Assembly (NCBI GenBank): GCA_964503885.1
Contig: CAZDCD010000009.1
Location: forward strand, 54,526 to 118,525
Direction: 5' to 3'
Length of the DNA: 64,000 nucleotides
DNA from: an uncultured Bacteroidales bacterium
GTDB taxonomy: Bacteria; Bacteroidota; Bacteroidia; Bacteroidales; UBA10428
The notes under the pieces are model-generated. The model searched no databases, was not told the origin of the DNA, and worked only from the letters and a program-made list of their open reading frames with translations. A program made the translations under genes and the position numbers. Numbering within the stretch: the first letter of the stretch is position 1; every line of letters starts with the position of its first letter. Positions 21,179-31,100 of the stretch are shown here, one piece after another.

Positions 21179-21186
21179 CAAAGTTA
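21179..21186 (-). promoter_or_regulatory. -7 promoter box for the GlgA-like/lipoprotein operon
   Basis: Exact TAACTTTG on the minus strand, about 32 nt upstream of the ATG at 21146. Confidence 0.5.
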
Positions 21187-21342
21187 CTAAAAATTATTAA
21201 CAATTAATGATTGCCAGGCTCAGACAGTTTTGTAGGTGCAGTGTATCGAATTTCTTAAGAATAAAGAGATAGACAGAAATATAACAACATTCCTGTCATA
21301 TAGTTTATGGGCCGGGAAGGTTTCAAATACACTAACTTTAGC

Positions 21343-21350
21343 TATATTTG
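21343..21350 (+). promoter_or_regulatory. -7 promoter box for panC
   Basis: Exact TATATTTG only 9 nt upstream of the ATG at 21360, which implies a very short leader or none. Confidence 0.45.
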
Positions 21351-21359
21351 CACCCCGGT

Positions 21360-22208
21360 ATGAAAATATTTTATAAGACAAGGGAAATTAAAGCCGAAAT
21401 CAACCGACTGAGAAGATCGGGTAAGTCAATGGGATTTGTGCCGACTATGGGCGCTTTGCACGACGGCCATTTGTCGCTTGTGAAATGTTCAAAACACCAG
21501 AATGACAGCACAATAGTAAGCATTTTTGTAAATCCCACACAATTTAACGATAAGAACGACCTGGTCAAATATCCAAGGACTACCGGGCGGGACCTGGAAA
21601 TGCTCAGGAACATCAGTTGCGATATCGTATTCTTACCCGATGAAAAAGAAATTTATTCCGAACCGGATACAAGGATTTTCGATTTCGGCGGGCTCGATAA
21701 CATAATGGAGGGTAAATTCAGGCCAGGTCATTTTAATGGTGTGTTGCAGGTGGTCACCCGGCTTTTTGAAATTTTAGAACCCGAAAGAGCCTATTTCGGC
21801 CTTAAAGATTTCCAGCAACTGGCGATCATAAAGTATATTGTAAAAAAACACCGGATCCCTGTAGAAATAGTTCCGTGCCCGATAGTTCGTGAGTCCAACG
21901 GTCTGGCAATGAGTTCAAGAAATATGCGTTTACCACAACGGGAAAGGCAAATTGCTGCCGGGCTTTCAAAGGTATTATTTGCTGCCAGAGATAACCTGGC
22001 CGCTTTTAGTTCACAGGAAGAGATAAAGGAATACGTGATGAAGGAGCTTAAAGAAATCCACGGCATTGAACCCGAATATTTTGAAATTGTTAATGAGAAT
22101 ACACTGCTTCCTTTGACAGGCAAAGACGACCTGAAAAATGGTGTAGCCTGCATTGCCGCATGGGTTGGGGATGTCAGACTGATAGATAATGTCAGATTTT
22201 ATTCGTAA
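21360..22208 (+). CDS. panC: Pantoate--beta-alanine ligase
   Basis: GFVPTMGALHDGHLSLV and SIFVNPTQF. Start set to the ATG at 21360 (MKIFYKT); the track start at 21348 is a TTG inside the promoter box. Confidence 0.93.
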   Translation: MKIFYKTREIKAEINRLRRSGKSMGFVPTMGALHDGHLSLVKCSKHQNDSTIVSIFVNPTQFNDKNDLVKYPRTTGRDLEMLRNISCDIVFLPDEKEIYSEPDTRIFDFGGLDNIMEGKFRPGHFNGVLQVVTRLFEILEPERAYFGLKDFQQLAIIKYIVKKHRIPVEIVPCPIVRESNGLAMSSRNMRLPQRERQIAAGLSKVLFAARDNLAAFSSQEEIKEYVMKELKEIHGIEPEYFEIVNENTLLPLTGKDDLKNGVACIAAWVGDVRLIDNVRFYS

Positions 22209-22220
22209 ATTTGCAGGGTT

Positions 22221-22571
22221 ATGATGATTGAAGTAGTAAAATCAAAAATTCATAAGGTTACCGTAACGGATGCCAATCTTCAGTATGTGGGAAGCATATC
22301 TATTGACGAAAACCTGATGGAGGCTTCAAACCTCATTGAAGGGGAAAAGGTCCAGGTTTTGAATATCAATAACGGAGAAAGACTCGATACTTATGTCATT
22401 AAAGGTGAACGGGGAACAGGCCAGATCTGCCTGAACGGACCTGCAGCCCGCAAGGTGGCCATCGGTGATGTGGTCATTATACTTTCATATGCTATGATGG
22501 ATTTTGAAGAAGCCCGTTCATTCAAACCGAAAATTATTTTCCCCGATACCGCGACAAATACCGTAAAATAA
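22221..22571 (+). CDS. panD: Aspartate 1-decarboxylase
   Basis: [23 protein letters not shown] carries the Gly-Ser self-processing site. 116 aa. Confidence 0.95.
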   Translation: MMIEVVKSKIHKVTVTDANLQYVGSISIDENLMEASNLIEGEKVQVLNINNGERLDTYVIKGERGTGQICLNGPAARKVAIGDVVIILSYAMMDFEEARSFKPKIIFPDTATNTVK

Positions 22572-22672
22572 CCGGTCAGTGTCAGCCCGGGCAAATTCCT
22601 GCATTATTCAGGTAAACCTTTTTTCCATCCCGATATTTTTGTTAATTTGGTAAAAAAATCCCGGGAGAGGAC

Positions 22673-23164
22673 ATGAGTTCACTTGATTCTGTACGAAAAA
22701 AAATCATTGGTTACCACGAACTTGAACTAATTCTGGCTTTCTGGAGATTTAAGCAGTTCAAAATTGTTTTCACCAATGGTTGTTTCGATATCCTTCACCG
22801 GGGACATGTCGAATATTTATCTGCAGCTTCTGATCTGGGGGACATCCTGATCATCGGGTTAAATTCCGACGAATCGGTGAAACACATTAAAGGCAAAGGC
22901 AGACCGGTATTTGATCAGGATTCAAGGGCAATACTTCTCGCAGCATGTTCTTTTGTAGATGCCATTGTGATTTTTGACGAGGATACGCCGTATAACCTAA
23001 TATCCGCTGTGCAACCCGATATCCTTGTGAAAGGTGGTGATTATAATCCCGAAGACATAGTGGGTTATGACATCGTTAAAGCAAAGAACGGCGAAGTGAT
23101 TGCTATCGATTACCTGGAGGGATACTCCACCTCGGCACTGATCGAAAAACTTAAACATACATGA
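22673..23164 (+). CDS. Cytidylyltransferase-fold adenylyltransferase, RfaE domain II-like
   Basis: VFTNGCFDILHRGHVEYL (the HxGH motif of nucleotidyltransferases) and VKGGDY. 163 aa. Confidence 0.8.
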   Translation: MSSLDSVRKKIIGYHELELILAFWRFKQFKIVFTNGCFDILHRGHVEYLSAASDLGDILIIGLNSDESVKHIKGKGRPVFDQDSRAILLAACSFVDAIVIFDEDTPYNLISAVQPDILVKGGDYNPEDIVGYDIVKAKNGEVIAIDYLEGYSTSALIEKLKHT

Positions 23165-23188
23165 TCATGCATATTCCTAAATAACCGT

Positions 23189-24568
23189 ATGGCCAGGAAC
23201 AGAACCATATATGTTTGCCAAAACTGCGGTGCTGAAGCTGCAAAATGGATCGGCAAATGTCCTTCATGCGGGCAATGGAACAGTTATGTGGAAGAAATTA
23301 TATCAAAAAACCCTGGAACAGGGTTCCCGGGCTCGGATACTCCAAGTTCAAAACCGGTTCACCTGGACCATATCCCTTCTGGTGAAGACAAACGCATTGA
23401 TACCGGTATTTCGGAGCTGAACAGGGTTCTGGGCGGTGGGATCGTTCCGGGTTCGTTAATTCTGGTTGGTGGTGAACCCGGCATTGGAAAATCAACGCTT
23501 GCACTGCAGATTGCCATGCAACTAAGTACCCTGAAAGTTCTTTATGTCTCGGCAGAAGAAAGCACAAAGCAGATTAAACTCCGTTCGGAAAGAATCGGCA
23601 ATACTCCGGGTGAAAATCTTTATGTGTTGAGCGAGGTTGTACTGGAACATATTTTTTTGCAGATTCAGCAACTGAATCCCGACCTGATAATCGTTGATTC
23701 TGTGCAGACCGTATATTCCGAATCGCTGGAATCCTCTCCCGGAAGCATTTCTCAGGTCAGGGACTGCGCCTCGCGATTCCTGAAATTTGCTAAAGAGTCG
23801 TCAGTACCGGTTATTCTGGTCGGGCATATCACCAAGGACGGAACCCTGGCCGGACCTAAGATACTGGAACATATCGTCGACTGTGTACTCCTGTTCGAAG
23901 GGGACCATAATCATGTATACCGTATTCTGAGAGCTTCAAAGAACCGGTTCGGTGCCACTTCTGAGCTTGGAATTTTTGAAATGCACGAAAAAGGCCTCAT
24001 CGAAGTCAATAATCCCTCGGAAATATTATTGTCAAAGTTCGATGAAGAGTTGAGCGGTATGGCCACTGCCTCAACAATAGACGGATTAAGGCCTTTTCTG
24101 ATTGAAGTACAGGCTCTTGTTAGCACTGCTGCATACGGTACCCCGCAGCGATCAAGCACGGGTTTTGATGTCAGAAGGCTGAATATGCTGCTTGCCGTAC
24201 TTGAAAAGAGGGCAGGATTTAAGATTGCTGCAAAAGATGTATTTCTGAATATTGCGGGTGGAATAAAAGTTACGGACCCTGCCATCGATCTGGCTGTTGT
24301 AAGTGCAGTTATTTCATCGGGTTACGACAGGGCTATAGACCGGTTCTGTTGTTTTGCCGGAGAAATAGGTTTATCAGGTGAAATTAGGCCGGTAAGCCGC
24401 ATTGAGCAGCGCATAAAAGAAGCCGATAAGATGGGTTTTACGAAAATAATCATCTCAGGGTACAACAATCTGAAATCCGTGAAACAAAGCAAAATTAAAA
24501 TTCTTACTGCCAACAAGATAGAACAGGCGCTCAGGCTGATCTTCTCAAAAGATATGGAAAAAGCATAA
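23189..24568 (+). CDS. radA: DNA repair protein RadA
   Basis: N-terminal zinc finger (YVCQNCGAEAAKWIGKCPSCGQWNS), Walker A (GGEPGIGKST), the KNRFG motif and a Lon-like C-terminal domain. Confidence 0.95.
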   Translation: MARNRTIYVCQNCGAEAAKWIGKCPSCGQWNSYVEEIISKNPGTGFPGSDTPSSKPVHLDHIPSGEDKRIDTGISELNRVLGGGIVPGSLILVGGEPGIGKSTLALQIAMQLSTLKVLYVSAEESTKQIKLRSERIGNTPGENLYVLSEVVLEHIFLQIQQLNPDLIIVDSVQTVYSESLESSPGSISQVRDCASRFLKFAKESSVPVILVGHITKDGTLAGPKILEHIVDCVLLFEGDHNHVYRILRASKNRFGATSELGIFEMHEKGLIEVNNPSEILLSKFDEELSGMATASTIDGLRPFLIEVQALVSTAAYGTPQRSSTGFDVRRLNMLLAVLEKRAGFKIAAKDVFLNIAGGIKVTDPAIDLAVVSAVISSGYDRAIDRFCCFAGEIGLSGEIRPVSRIEQRIKEADKMGFTKIIISGYNNLKSVKQSKIKILTANKIEQALRLIFSKDMEKA

Positions 24569-24731
24569 CTTAACATTAGTTCGATATTACCAGAGTTTGA
24601 TTTTGATATGAATAAAATTATAATGCCAAGACAATTATACCCATTTGTAAAAAAGAAAGAGTTTCAATGAGTAATAGATATCCGTGCTAAGTCAAACTCA
24701 TGTATCCTTATGCCAACCTGTAAGTTACCCG

Positions 24732-26006
24732 TCAGCTGATCATCTCAAATCCCGTGTATCTAACCAGGTTTTCCGGGATTTTAATTCCTTTATCGGTCTG
24801 GTTATTTTCGAGAAGGGCAGCAACAATCCTTGGTAAAGCCAGAGAACTGCCGTTAAGCGTATGAGCCAGCATGGTTTTCTTTGTGGTTTCATCACGAAAC
24901 CGCAGTTTGAGCCTGTTTGCCTGAAAAGATTCGAAATTCGAAACTGAACTCACCTCCAGCCATTTTTTCTGGGCTGCCGAAAACACTTCAAAATCATAAG
25001 TAAGTGCTGAAGCGAAACTCATATCACCACCGCAAAGCTTCACGATCCTGTATGGAAGACCAAGTTTATTTACCAGCTTCTCTACATGTGCCACCATTTC
25101 ATCAAGCGCCCGGTAAGATCTTTCAGGATGTTGCACCTGCACGATCTCTACCTTATCAAACTGATGCACACGGTTCAGTCCTCTGACATCTTTGCCGTAT
25201 GAACCGGCTTCACGCCGGAAACAGGGCGTATACGCAGTACACTTAATGGGTAATTCGCGGGCTTCGAGGATGACATCTCTGTAAATATTAGTAACAGGAA
25301 CCTCCGCAGTAGGTATCAGGTAAAAATTATCGGAGGCCACAAAATACATCTGGCCCTCTTTATCGGGGAGCTGCCCGGTGCCAAATGCCGAATCTTCATT
25401 GACCATTAAAGGTGGAAGATACTCAGTGTACCCTGCTTTTTCATTTTCATCGAGAAAAAAGTTTACCAGTGCCCTTTGTAACCTGGCCCCTTTTCCTTTA
25501 TATACAGGAAATCCTGAACCAGTCAGCTTGTTTCCGAGATCAAAATCAATGATGTCGTATTTCCTGGCAAGATCCCAGTGAGGCAGTGCACCGGGCAAAA
25601 GTTCCGGTGAGTTTCCGCCTTTTCTTATTATTTCATTGTCTTCAGCCGATTTCCCCGGCGGAACGAATTTGTGAGGCAGGTTTGGCAACTGAATCAGAAG
25701 ATTTTTCACCAGTTCTTCTGCCTGGGTGAGCTTTAAGCCAAGTTCCCTGATATCATCCTTCACTGCAGTTGTCCTGGCTTTCAATGTATCCGCTTCATCC
25801 ATTTTTCCCTCCTTGAAAAGCTGACCGACCTCTCTGGAAATGGTGTTGAGTTCACTCTGCCTGTTGTCGAGATCAAACTGCAGTCCCCTCCTCTGCTGAT
25901 CGGACTCCAATATTCGGGAGACAATTCCTTCTGCGTTAAAATTCTTGATCTTTAGCCGCTGAATGACTTCATCCGGATTTTCCCTGATATAGTTAAGTGT
26001 TAACAT
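24732..26006 (-). CDS. serS: Serine--tRNA ligase
   Basis: N-terminal coiled-coil arm, then a class II core (FRREAGSYGKDVRGLNRVHQFDKVE, TLNGSSLALPR). 424 aa. Confidence 0.95.
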   Translation of the reverse strand: MLTLNYIRENPDEVIQRLKIKNFNAEGIVSRILESDQQRRGLQFDLDNRQSELNTISREVGQLFKEGKMDEADTLKARTTAVKDDIRELGLKLTQAEELVKNLLIQLPNLPHKFVPPGKSAEDNEIIRKGGNSPELLPGALPHWDLARKYDIIDFDLGNKLTGSGFPVYKGKGARLQRALVNFFLDENEKAGYTEYLPPLMVNEDSAFGTGQLPDKEGQMYFVASDNFYLIPTAEVPVTNIYRDVILEARELPIKCTAYTPCFRREAGSYGKDVRGLNRVHQFDKVEIVQVQHPERSYRALDEMVAHVEKLVNKLGLPYRIVKLCGGDMSFASALTYDFEVFSAAQKKWLEVSSVSNFESFQANRLKLRFRDETTKKTMLAHTLNGSSLALPRIVAALLENNQTDKGIKIPENLVRYTGFEMIS

Positions 26007-26030
26007 AGGACCATTAGATTAATTTTAGCT

Positions 26031-26076
26031 AAAATAAAAAATCTCCTGATTTCTATTGATAGAGAAATCAGGAGAT
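26031..26076 (-). terminator. Rho-independent terminator after rpmA
   Basis: Perfect 14-bp stem (26041-26054 ATCTCCTGATTTCT pairs with 26063-26076 AGAAATCAGGAGAT) and an 8-nt loop. On the minus strand the stem is followed by TTTTTTATTTT. Confidence 0.85.
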
Positions 26077-26098
26077 TATACATATTTATTGATAAATA

Positions 26099-26359
26099 TT
26101 ATTCGGATACCGGAACAACAGAAACGTAAGACCTGTTCTTTTCTTTTTTTCTGAACTCTACTGTTCCGTCGATGAGGGCAAACAACGTGTGATCTTTACC
26201 GATTCCCACATTCAGACCGGGATGATGTCTGGTACCTCTCTGACGTACGATAATATTTCCGGCTTTAGCATACTGTCCTCCAAAAAGCTTTACTCCCAGT
26301 CTCTTGCTTTCCGATTCCCTTCCGTTTCTGGTACTGCCGGCTCCTTTCTTGTGTGCCAT
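26099..26359 (-). CDS. rpmA: 50S ribosomal protein L27
   Basis: [24 protein letters not shown]... 86 aa. Confidence 0.97.
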   Translation of the reverse strand: MAHKKGAGSTRNGRESESKRLGVKLFGGQYAKAGNIIVRQRGTRHHPGLNVGIGKDHTLFALIDGTVEFRKKEKNRSYVSVVPVSE

Positions 26360-26386
26360 TTTTCCTGAAGTTTAGTTTAACAGATT

Positions 26387-26998
26387 TTATTTACTTTCTT
26401 TGGACTTCGTGCTTTTGATGGCTTTGCCTGCCGGTTTTGCCGCACTTTTTATACCTGCCTTGGTTTTGGGAGCCGCTTTGGCTGTTTTTACTTCTTTCTT
26501 TGGTGCTGCCTTTTTCTGTGTACCGGCCGGTTTTTTATCTTTTGGGCCGGTGGCTTTCTGCGTTGAGGCGGCTTTTCTGATTTCTTTTTGAACATCCGCC
26601 TTACCTTCCTTCTTCTCTGCCACAGGTTCTTTTCCGGCGCCTGTTACCTTCGGCTCTGCCTTTGGCTGTGCTTTTTTTGAAGCCCCTTTCTCAAGGATCT
26701 CGTCGATTATTATTTCGGTAAAATACTGCCTGTGTCCGTTCATAACCTGGTATCCTTTTCTTCTTTTTTTCTTAAAAACTTTAACAGTATCTCCTTTAAG
26801 ATGCGAGATAATCTTTGCTGTTACCAGGGCGTCCTTAAGATACGGAGTACCAATCTGAATCTTTCCATCATTGTCGATCAACATCACTTTATCAAGCTCT
26901 GTCACCGATCCTTCAATTTCCTGCAGGCGATGAACAAATATCCTGCTGTTTTTTTCAACCTTAAATTGTTGGCCTGCGATTGAAACGATTGCGTACAT
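26387..26998 (-). CDS. rplU: 50S ribosomal protein L21 with a C-terminal Lys/Ala/Pro-rich extension of about 100 aa
   Basis: The core MYAIVSIAGQQFKVEKNSRIFV...HLKGDTVKVFKKKRRKGY is L21. Start set to the ATG at 26998. Residues from about 104 to 204 are a low-complexity basic tail (KKAQPKAEPK...KKAAPKKEVKTAKAAPKTKAGIKSAAKPAGKAIKSTKSKESK). Confidence 0.9.
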   Translation of the reverse strand: MYAIVSIAGQQFKVEKNSRIFVHRLQEIEGSVTELDKVMLIDNDGKIQIGTPYLKDALVTAKIISHLKGDTVKVFKKKRRKGYQVMNGHRQYFTEIIIDEILEKGASKKAQPKAEPKVTGAGKEPVAEKKEGKADVQKEIRKAASTQKATGPKDKKPAGTQKKAAPKKEVKTAKAAPKTKAGIKSAAKPAGKAIKSTKSKESK

Positions 26999-27033
26999 TG
27001 ATTTAATATTTCGTATGTTCTCAATTGGGTGTG

Positions 27034-27041
27034 CAAAAATA
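27034..27041 (-). promoter_or_regulatory. -7 promoter box for rplU-rpmA
   Basis: Exact TATTTTTG on the minus strand, about 35 nt upstream of the ATG at 26998. Confidence 0.5.
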
Positions 27042-27227
27042 TAAAAGTTTGATTGATCTGCAAACAAATACCTCTATATTTTTCTGAAGGAACAATTTCA
27101 GAATGCTTCTGTTTTGTTTTCTACTTTAAGGCAACAGCCCTGTATGCCTCTGAATATTTCATACGGTTATCTGATTGTCACAGGTCTATTAAAAACCTCT
27201 GCGCTGAAATTTAAATTTTGATTTCAT

Positions 27228-27235
27228 TATATTTG
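27228..27235 (+). promoter_or_regulatory. -7 promoter box for the bifunctional-nuclease gene
   Basis: Exact TATATTTG, 42 nt upstream of the ATG at 27278. Confidence 0.5.
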
Positions 27236-27277
27236 CATATAATTTAGGACTGAAAAGACATATTTTATCAGGTAAGA

Positions 27278-27892
27278 ATGAGTAAAATAAGACTAAACGT
27301 TCTGGGTATTTCGTATAGTCAAACACAAACCGGAGCATATGCCCTGGTTTTGGCTGAGGAGGATGGAAAAAGAAGAATACCGATAATTGTGGGGGGATTT
27401 GAAGCTCAGGCCATAGCAATTCAACTCGAAGGGCTCAAACCACCCCGGCCCCTGACACATGATCTCTTTCTTAATTTTGCTAAAACCTTTACCATTGATT
27501 TGCTCGAGGTAATCATTTATAAGCTTGAAGAGGGTGTATTTTTTTCAAAGCTCACATGTGATAACGGGAAACAAATCACCGAAATCGATGCACGCACTTC
27601 CGATGCCATAGCCCTGGCACTGCGTTTCAAATGCCCTATTTACACCACTGAAGATATCCTGCAGCGGGCAGGGATCATACTTGATTTCGAGAAAGAAGGT
27701 ACTTCAAAACCAGCTTCAGAAAATGTTTCGACACCCCGTGATATAAAGGTTGAAGATCCATCGTTTAATGAAGAGATAAAAAACATCCGTACTGCTGATC
27801 TCAAAAGCATGCTGGAGGAAGCCATCCGGGATGAAAATTACGAAAGGGCTTCACTCATAAGAGATGAGATGAACCGCAGGAAAGGAAAATGA
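27278..27892 (+). CDS. Bifunctional nuclease family protein (DUF151) with a C-terminal UVR motif
   Basis: LAEEDGKRRIPIIVGGFEAQAIA..L.G..PPRPLTHDL is typical of DUF151. The C-terminal YERASLIRDEMNRRK resembles a UvrB/UvrC (UVR) helix. Confidence 0.75.
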   Translation: MSKIRLNVLGISYSQTQTGAYALVLAEEDGKRRIPIIVGGFEAQAIAIQLEGLKPPRPLTHDLFLNFAKTFTIDLLEVIIYKLEEGVFFSKLTCDNGKQITEIDARTSDAIALALRFKCPIYTTEDILQRAGIILDFEKEGTSKPASENVSTPRDIKVEDPSFNEEIKNIRTADLKSMLEEAIRDENYERASLIRDEMNRRKGK

Positions 27893-28080
27893 TTTTCGCT
27901 TGACCCGTTGTTATTTGGAACCCCGTTTACCTTGTTTAATATGGGTCTTATCAGCTTTGAAGATAACATATCCCGGGCCCACTAAAAAACTTTCTGTATG
28001 CAGATAAAATTGATGTGCATATTTGTTAATTTTGTTACGAATGGCTTTAAGAATGTCAATATCATTGTATTTGAACCGAA

Positions 28081-28088
28081 TAAATTTG
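28081..28088 (+). promoter_or_regulatory. -7 promoter box for the hybrid kinase gene
   Basis: Exact TAAATTTG, 36 nt upstream of the ATG at 28125. Confidence 0.5.
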
Positions 28089-28124
28089 TAAAATTGTACC
28101 TTAACTTTACGAATTCACCATTAC

Positions 28125-31100
28125 ATGCCTGATTCATCTGAATATATTGCGGAAAAAAGCAGGATCAGAGAACTTGAGCGCCAGATTACACTTTATCTTA
28201 CCGATCTCGAAAAATACCGGACTATTTTTGAGGATGCACCGCTTGGTATTTTCAGAGCCACTCTGGGCGGCCGTTATGTAGAAGCCAACAATACGCTCGC
28301 AAAGCTGCTGGGCTACAGCACCTCATCAGAACTGATAAAATCGGTAAAGGACATATCCAAACAGATCTATGTCAACACATCTGAAAGAAAGCGGCTCATC
28401 CGTGATATCATAGAAGGGAATACCCTGATCAAGCATGAAACGTATTTCAGAAAAAAAGACAAATCGGTATTCCCGGTAAGCATTACCCTAAAGCTGGCAT
28501 ACGACGAGCAGGAAAAACCACTGTATATTTCCGGCATTCTTGAAGATATTTCAGTACGTGAAAAAACAAAAGAAAACCTGGTAAACGAACGAAACCAACT
28601 CAGAATATTGATTGACAATATTCCGGATTACATATACCTTAAAGATAAGAATGGTAAGTTTATACTAATTAACGATGCATTTGCAAAGCTTGTGAATGTA
28701 AACAACCCCGATGAACTCACCGGTAAAAGTGATCATGATTTCTTCTCGGATGAACTGATTGCCAACATAATGAAGGAAGATGAGATTATTCTCTCCAAAG
28801 GCAGGCCCTTACTGAACAACGAGGAATCAGGATTTAACAGGAACGAAGGGAAGATGGTGTATGTATATATTTCCAAAATCCCGCTTAAAGATAATAAAGG
28901 AAGAGTATACGGACTGATTGGAATAGCACGGAATGTAACCGATCTTAAACTTGCTGAAAAGATCATCGGTGCCAGTCGCGCAAACCTTAAGGCCGTTATT
29001 GAGAGCACCAAGAATGCCATATGGTCGCTCGATAAGAATTTCACGCTGATCACTGCTAATTCACATTTTATACGGTTCTTTGAAACCTACTTCAGGAAAA
29101 AGATCACACTGGGTGATAATTTTTATGCCCAGCTTCCGGACAAACAAAAAGTAAGGTGGAAAAAAATTCTGGAGAAAGCTTTTAAAGGTGAGCACTGGTT
29201 GCAGGAGGAAAAGTACAAGGAAAAGGATATCAGGATGTTTTTCGAGCTATCCGTTAACCCTATAGTGGACAGTAATCAGGAAATTACAGGTGTGACACTT
29301 TTCGCAACAAATGTCACAGAGCGAAAGATCACCGAAGAAACCATAAAGGAAAGTGAGGAAAGGTTCAGGCAACTGGCTGAGAATACCAGCGACGTTTTCA
29401 TACTGTCAGATAAATTCACCATTTTATATGCCAATCCTGCCTTTGAACGAATTTTTGGAAGAACAGTAGACGACCTCATATCCAACCCGAAAGTCCTGGA
29501 GGAAAGTGTTCACCCCGAAGAGAGAAAATCATATACAAAATATTACAACAAAAGGTTCTCAGATAAAGAAACGGATACAGAATTTCAGTATCGCATCATC
29601 AGAAAAGACAATAAAATCCGCTGGGTATGGTCCAGAAATTATCCGGTATATAACGATGATGGTAAGATTTACCGTTATGTCTCTGTAATAAGTGACATCA
29701 CCAACCAGCTTGAGCTGCAGTCGGTAATCTCAAAGGCAAGAATGCGGCAGAAAGCCATCCTTGATAACATACCTTACCTTGCCTGGCTTAAAGACAATGA
29801 AGGCAGGTATATTTCTGTAAATGAACCTTTTGCCAAATCATTCAATCTGGCGCCCGAAGATATTATCGGAAAGACCGATTTCGATTTCTGCGAGAAAAAT
29901 ATTGCGGAGAAATATTTTCAGAACGATTCGGAGGTCATGAAAAGCCGAAAACGGGAGCTTTTTGAAGAGGTTGAGATAATGCCTCAGGGCAAACGCTGGA
30001 TGGAGACCTTCAAAACCCCGATTTTTAACGAAGAGGGTAAACTAATCGGACTTACCGGAATATCGAGAGACATTACCGAGCGTAAAAACATGGAGGAAAA
30101 TATCAGGCAGCGCGAAGAACATTTCGGAGCCTTGCTGCAAAATTCTTCCGATGCAATTTCAATCCTCGACAGTGAAGGTAAAATCATTTTCGAAAATTCT
30201 CCGAAAAACAGAATTTCTGACTTTGCATTAAATGAATTGCTTGGCAAATCGATCTTTGATGTGATCCATTCCGATGAAACAGAAAACTTTAAGAAGATAT
30301 TTATCGAACTTAAGGATAAGCCCGGGAAACAGATAAAAAGGGAATACAGAAGCCTGCATAAGAACAAGAAGTGGATATATGTGGAAAGTATTTTCTCAAA
30401 CCAGCTCAATAACAGGGCTATTAATGGTATTATAGTAAATTCGAGGGATATTTCCGAAAGAAAACTGGCCGAGCTTAAAGAAAGGGTATACCACGATAAC
30501 CTCATCTTCCTGAGCAACTCTGCACTCGACCTGTTGGGATTGTCTTCAAAAGAAGATATATACCGCTACATCTCGGAAAAACTCTACCTTTTTCTTGAAC
30601 GTGCTCTTGTGATTGTCTCTTCATTCCATGAAGACCAGAATGTCTTTAATATCGAAAATGTTTCTGCACTTCCTGATGATAAGGACCTGATCAGGCAGCT
30701 GCTCGGAAAAGACCTCACTGGTCTGAAATTCCCGAATAACGAGAAATTTTCGAATCTGACCAATGCCGGGATCATTACGAATATTAAAGATAACATTGAT
30801 CTGATTCAGTTTGAAGGAATACGGTACAGCAATCTTTTAGTGGTACTGGAAAAACTCAAAGTCCATAAAATATACAATATCTCACTTGCAAGACATAATA
30901 AACTGCTCGGAAATATTACCATCTTCACCTTGAATAAGAGCATCATAAAATTCAAACATATCATTGAAACATTTGTGCACCAGGTTTCCGTAGCCCTGCA
31001 AAGAAGCCAGCTCGAGTATGAACTCATCCAGGCAAAAGTGAAGGCTGAAGAATCCGATAAGCTGAAAACTGCTTTTCTGGCCAATATGAGCCATGAAATC

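Noticed and set aside
26400-26591. 63-aa plus-strand ORF opposite the L21 tail
   Set aside because: It is an Ala/Phe-rich mirror of the Lys/Ala-coding repeat, so it is an antisense artefact.
29984-30517. 177-aa ORF on the minus strand inside the hybrid kinase gene
   Set aside because: It is entirely antisense to a CDS with clear PAS-domain homology. Its Ser/Leu/Phe-rich low-complexity composition is typical of antisense frames of AAR/GAR-rich genes. It has no promoter box and no recognisable motif.
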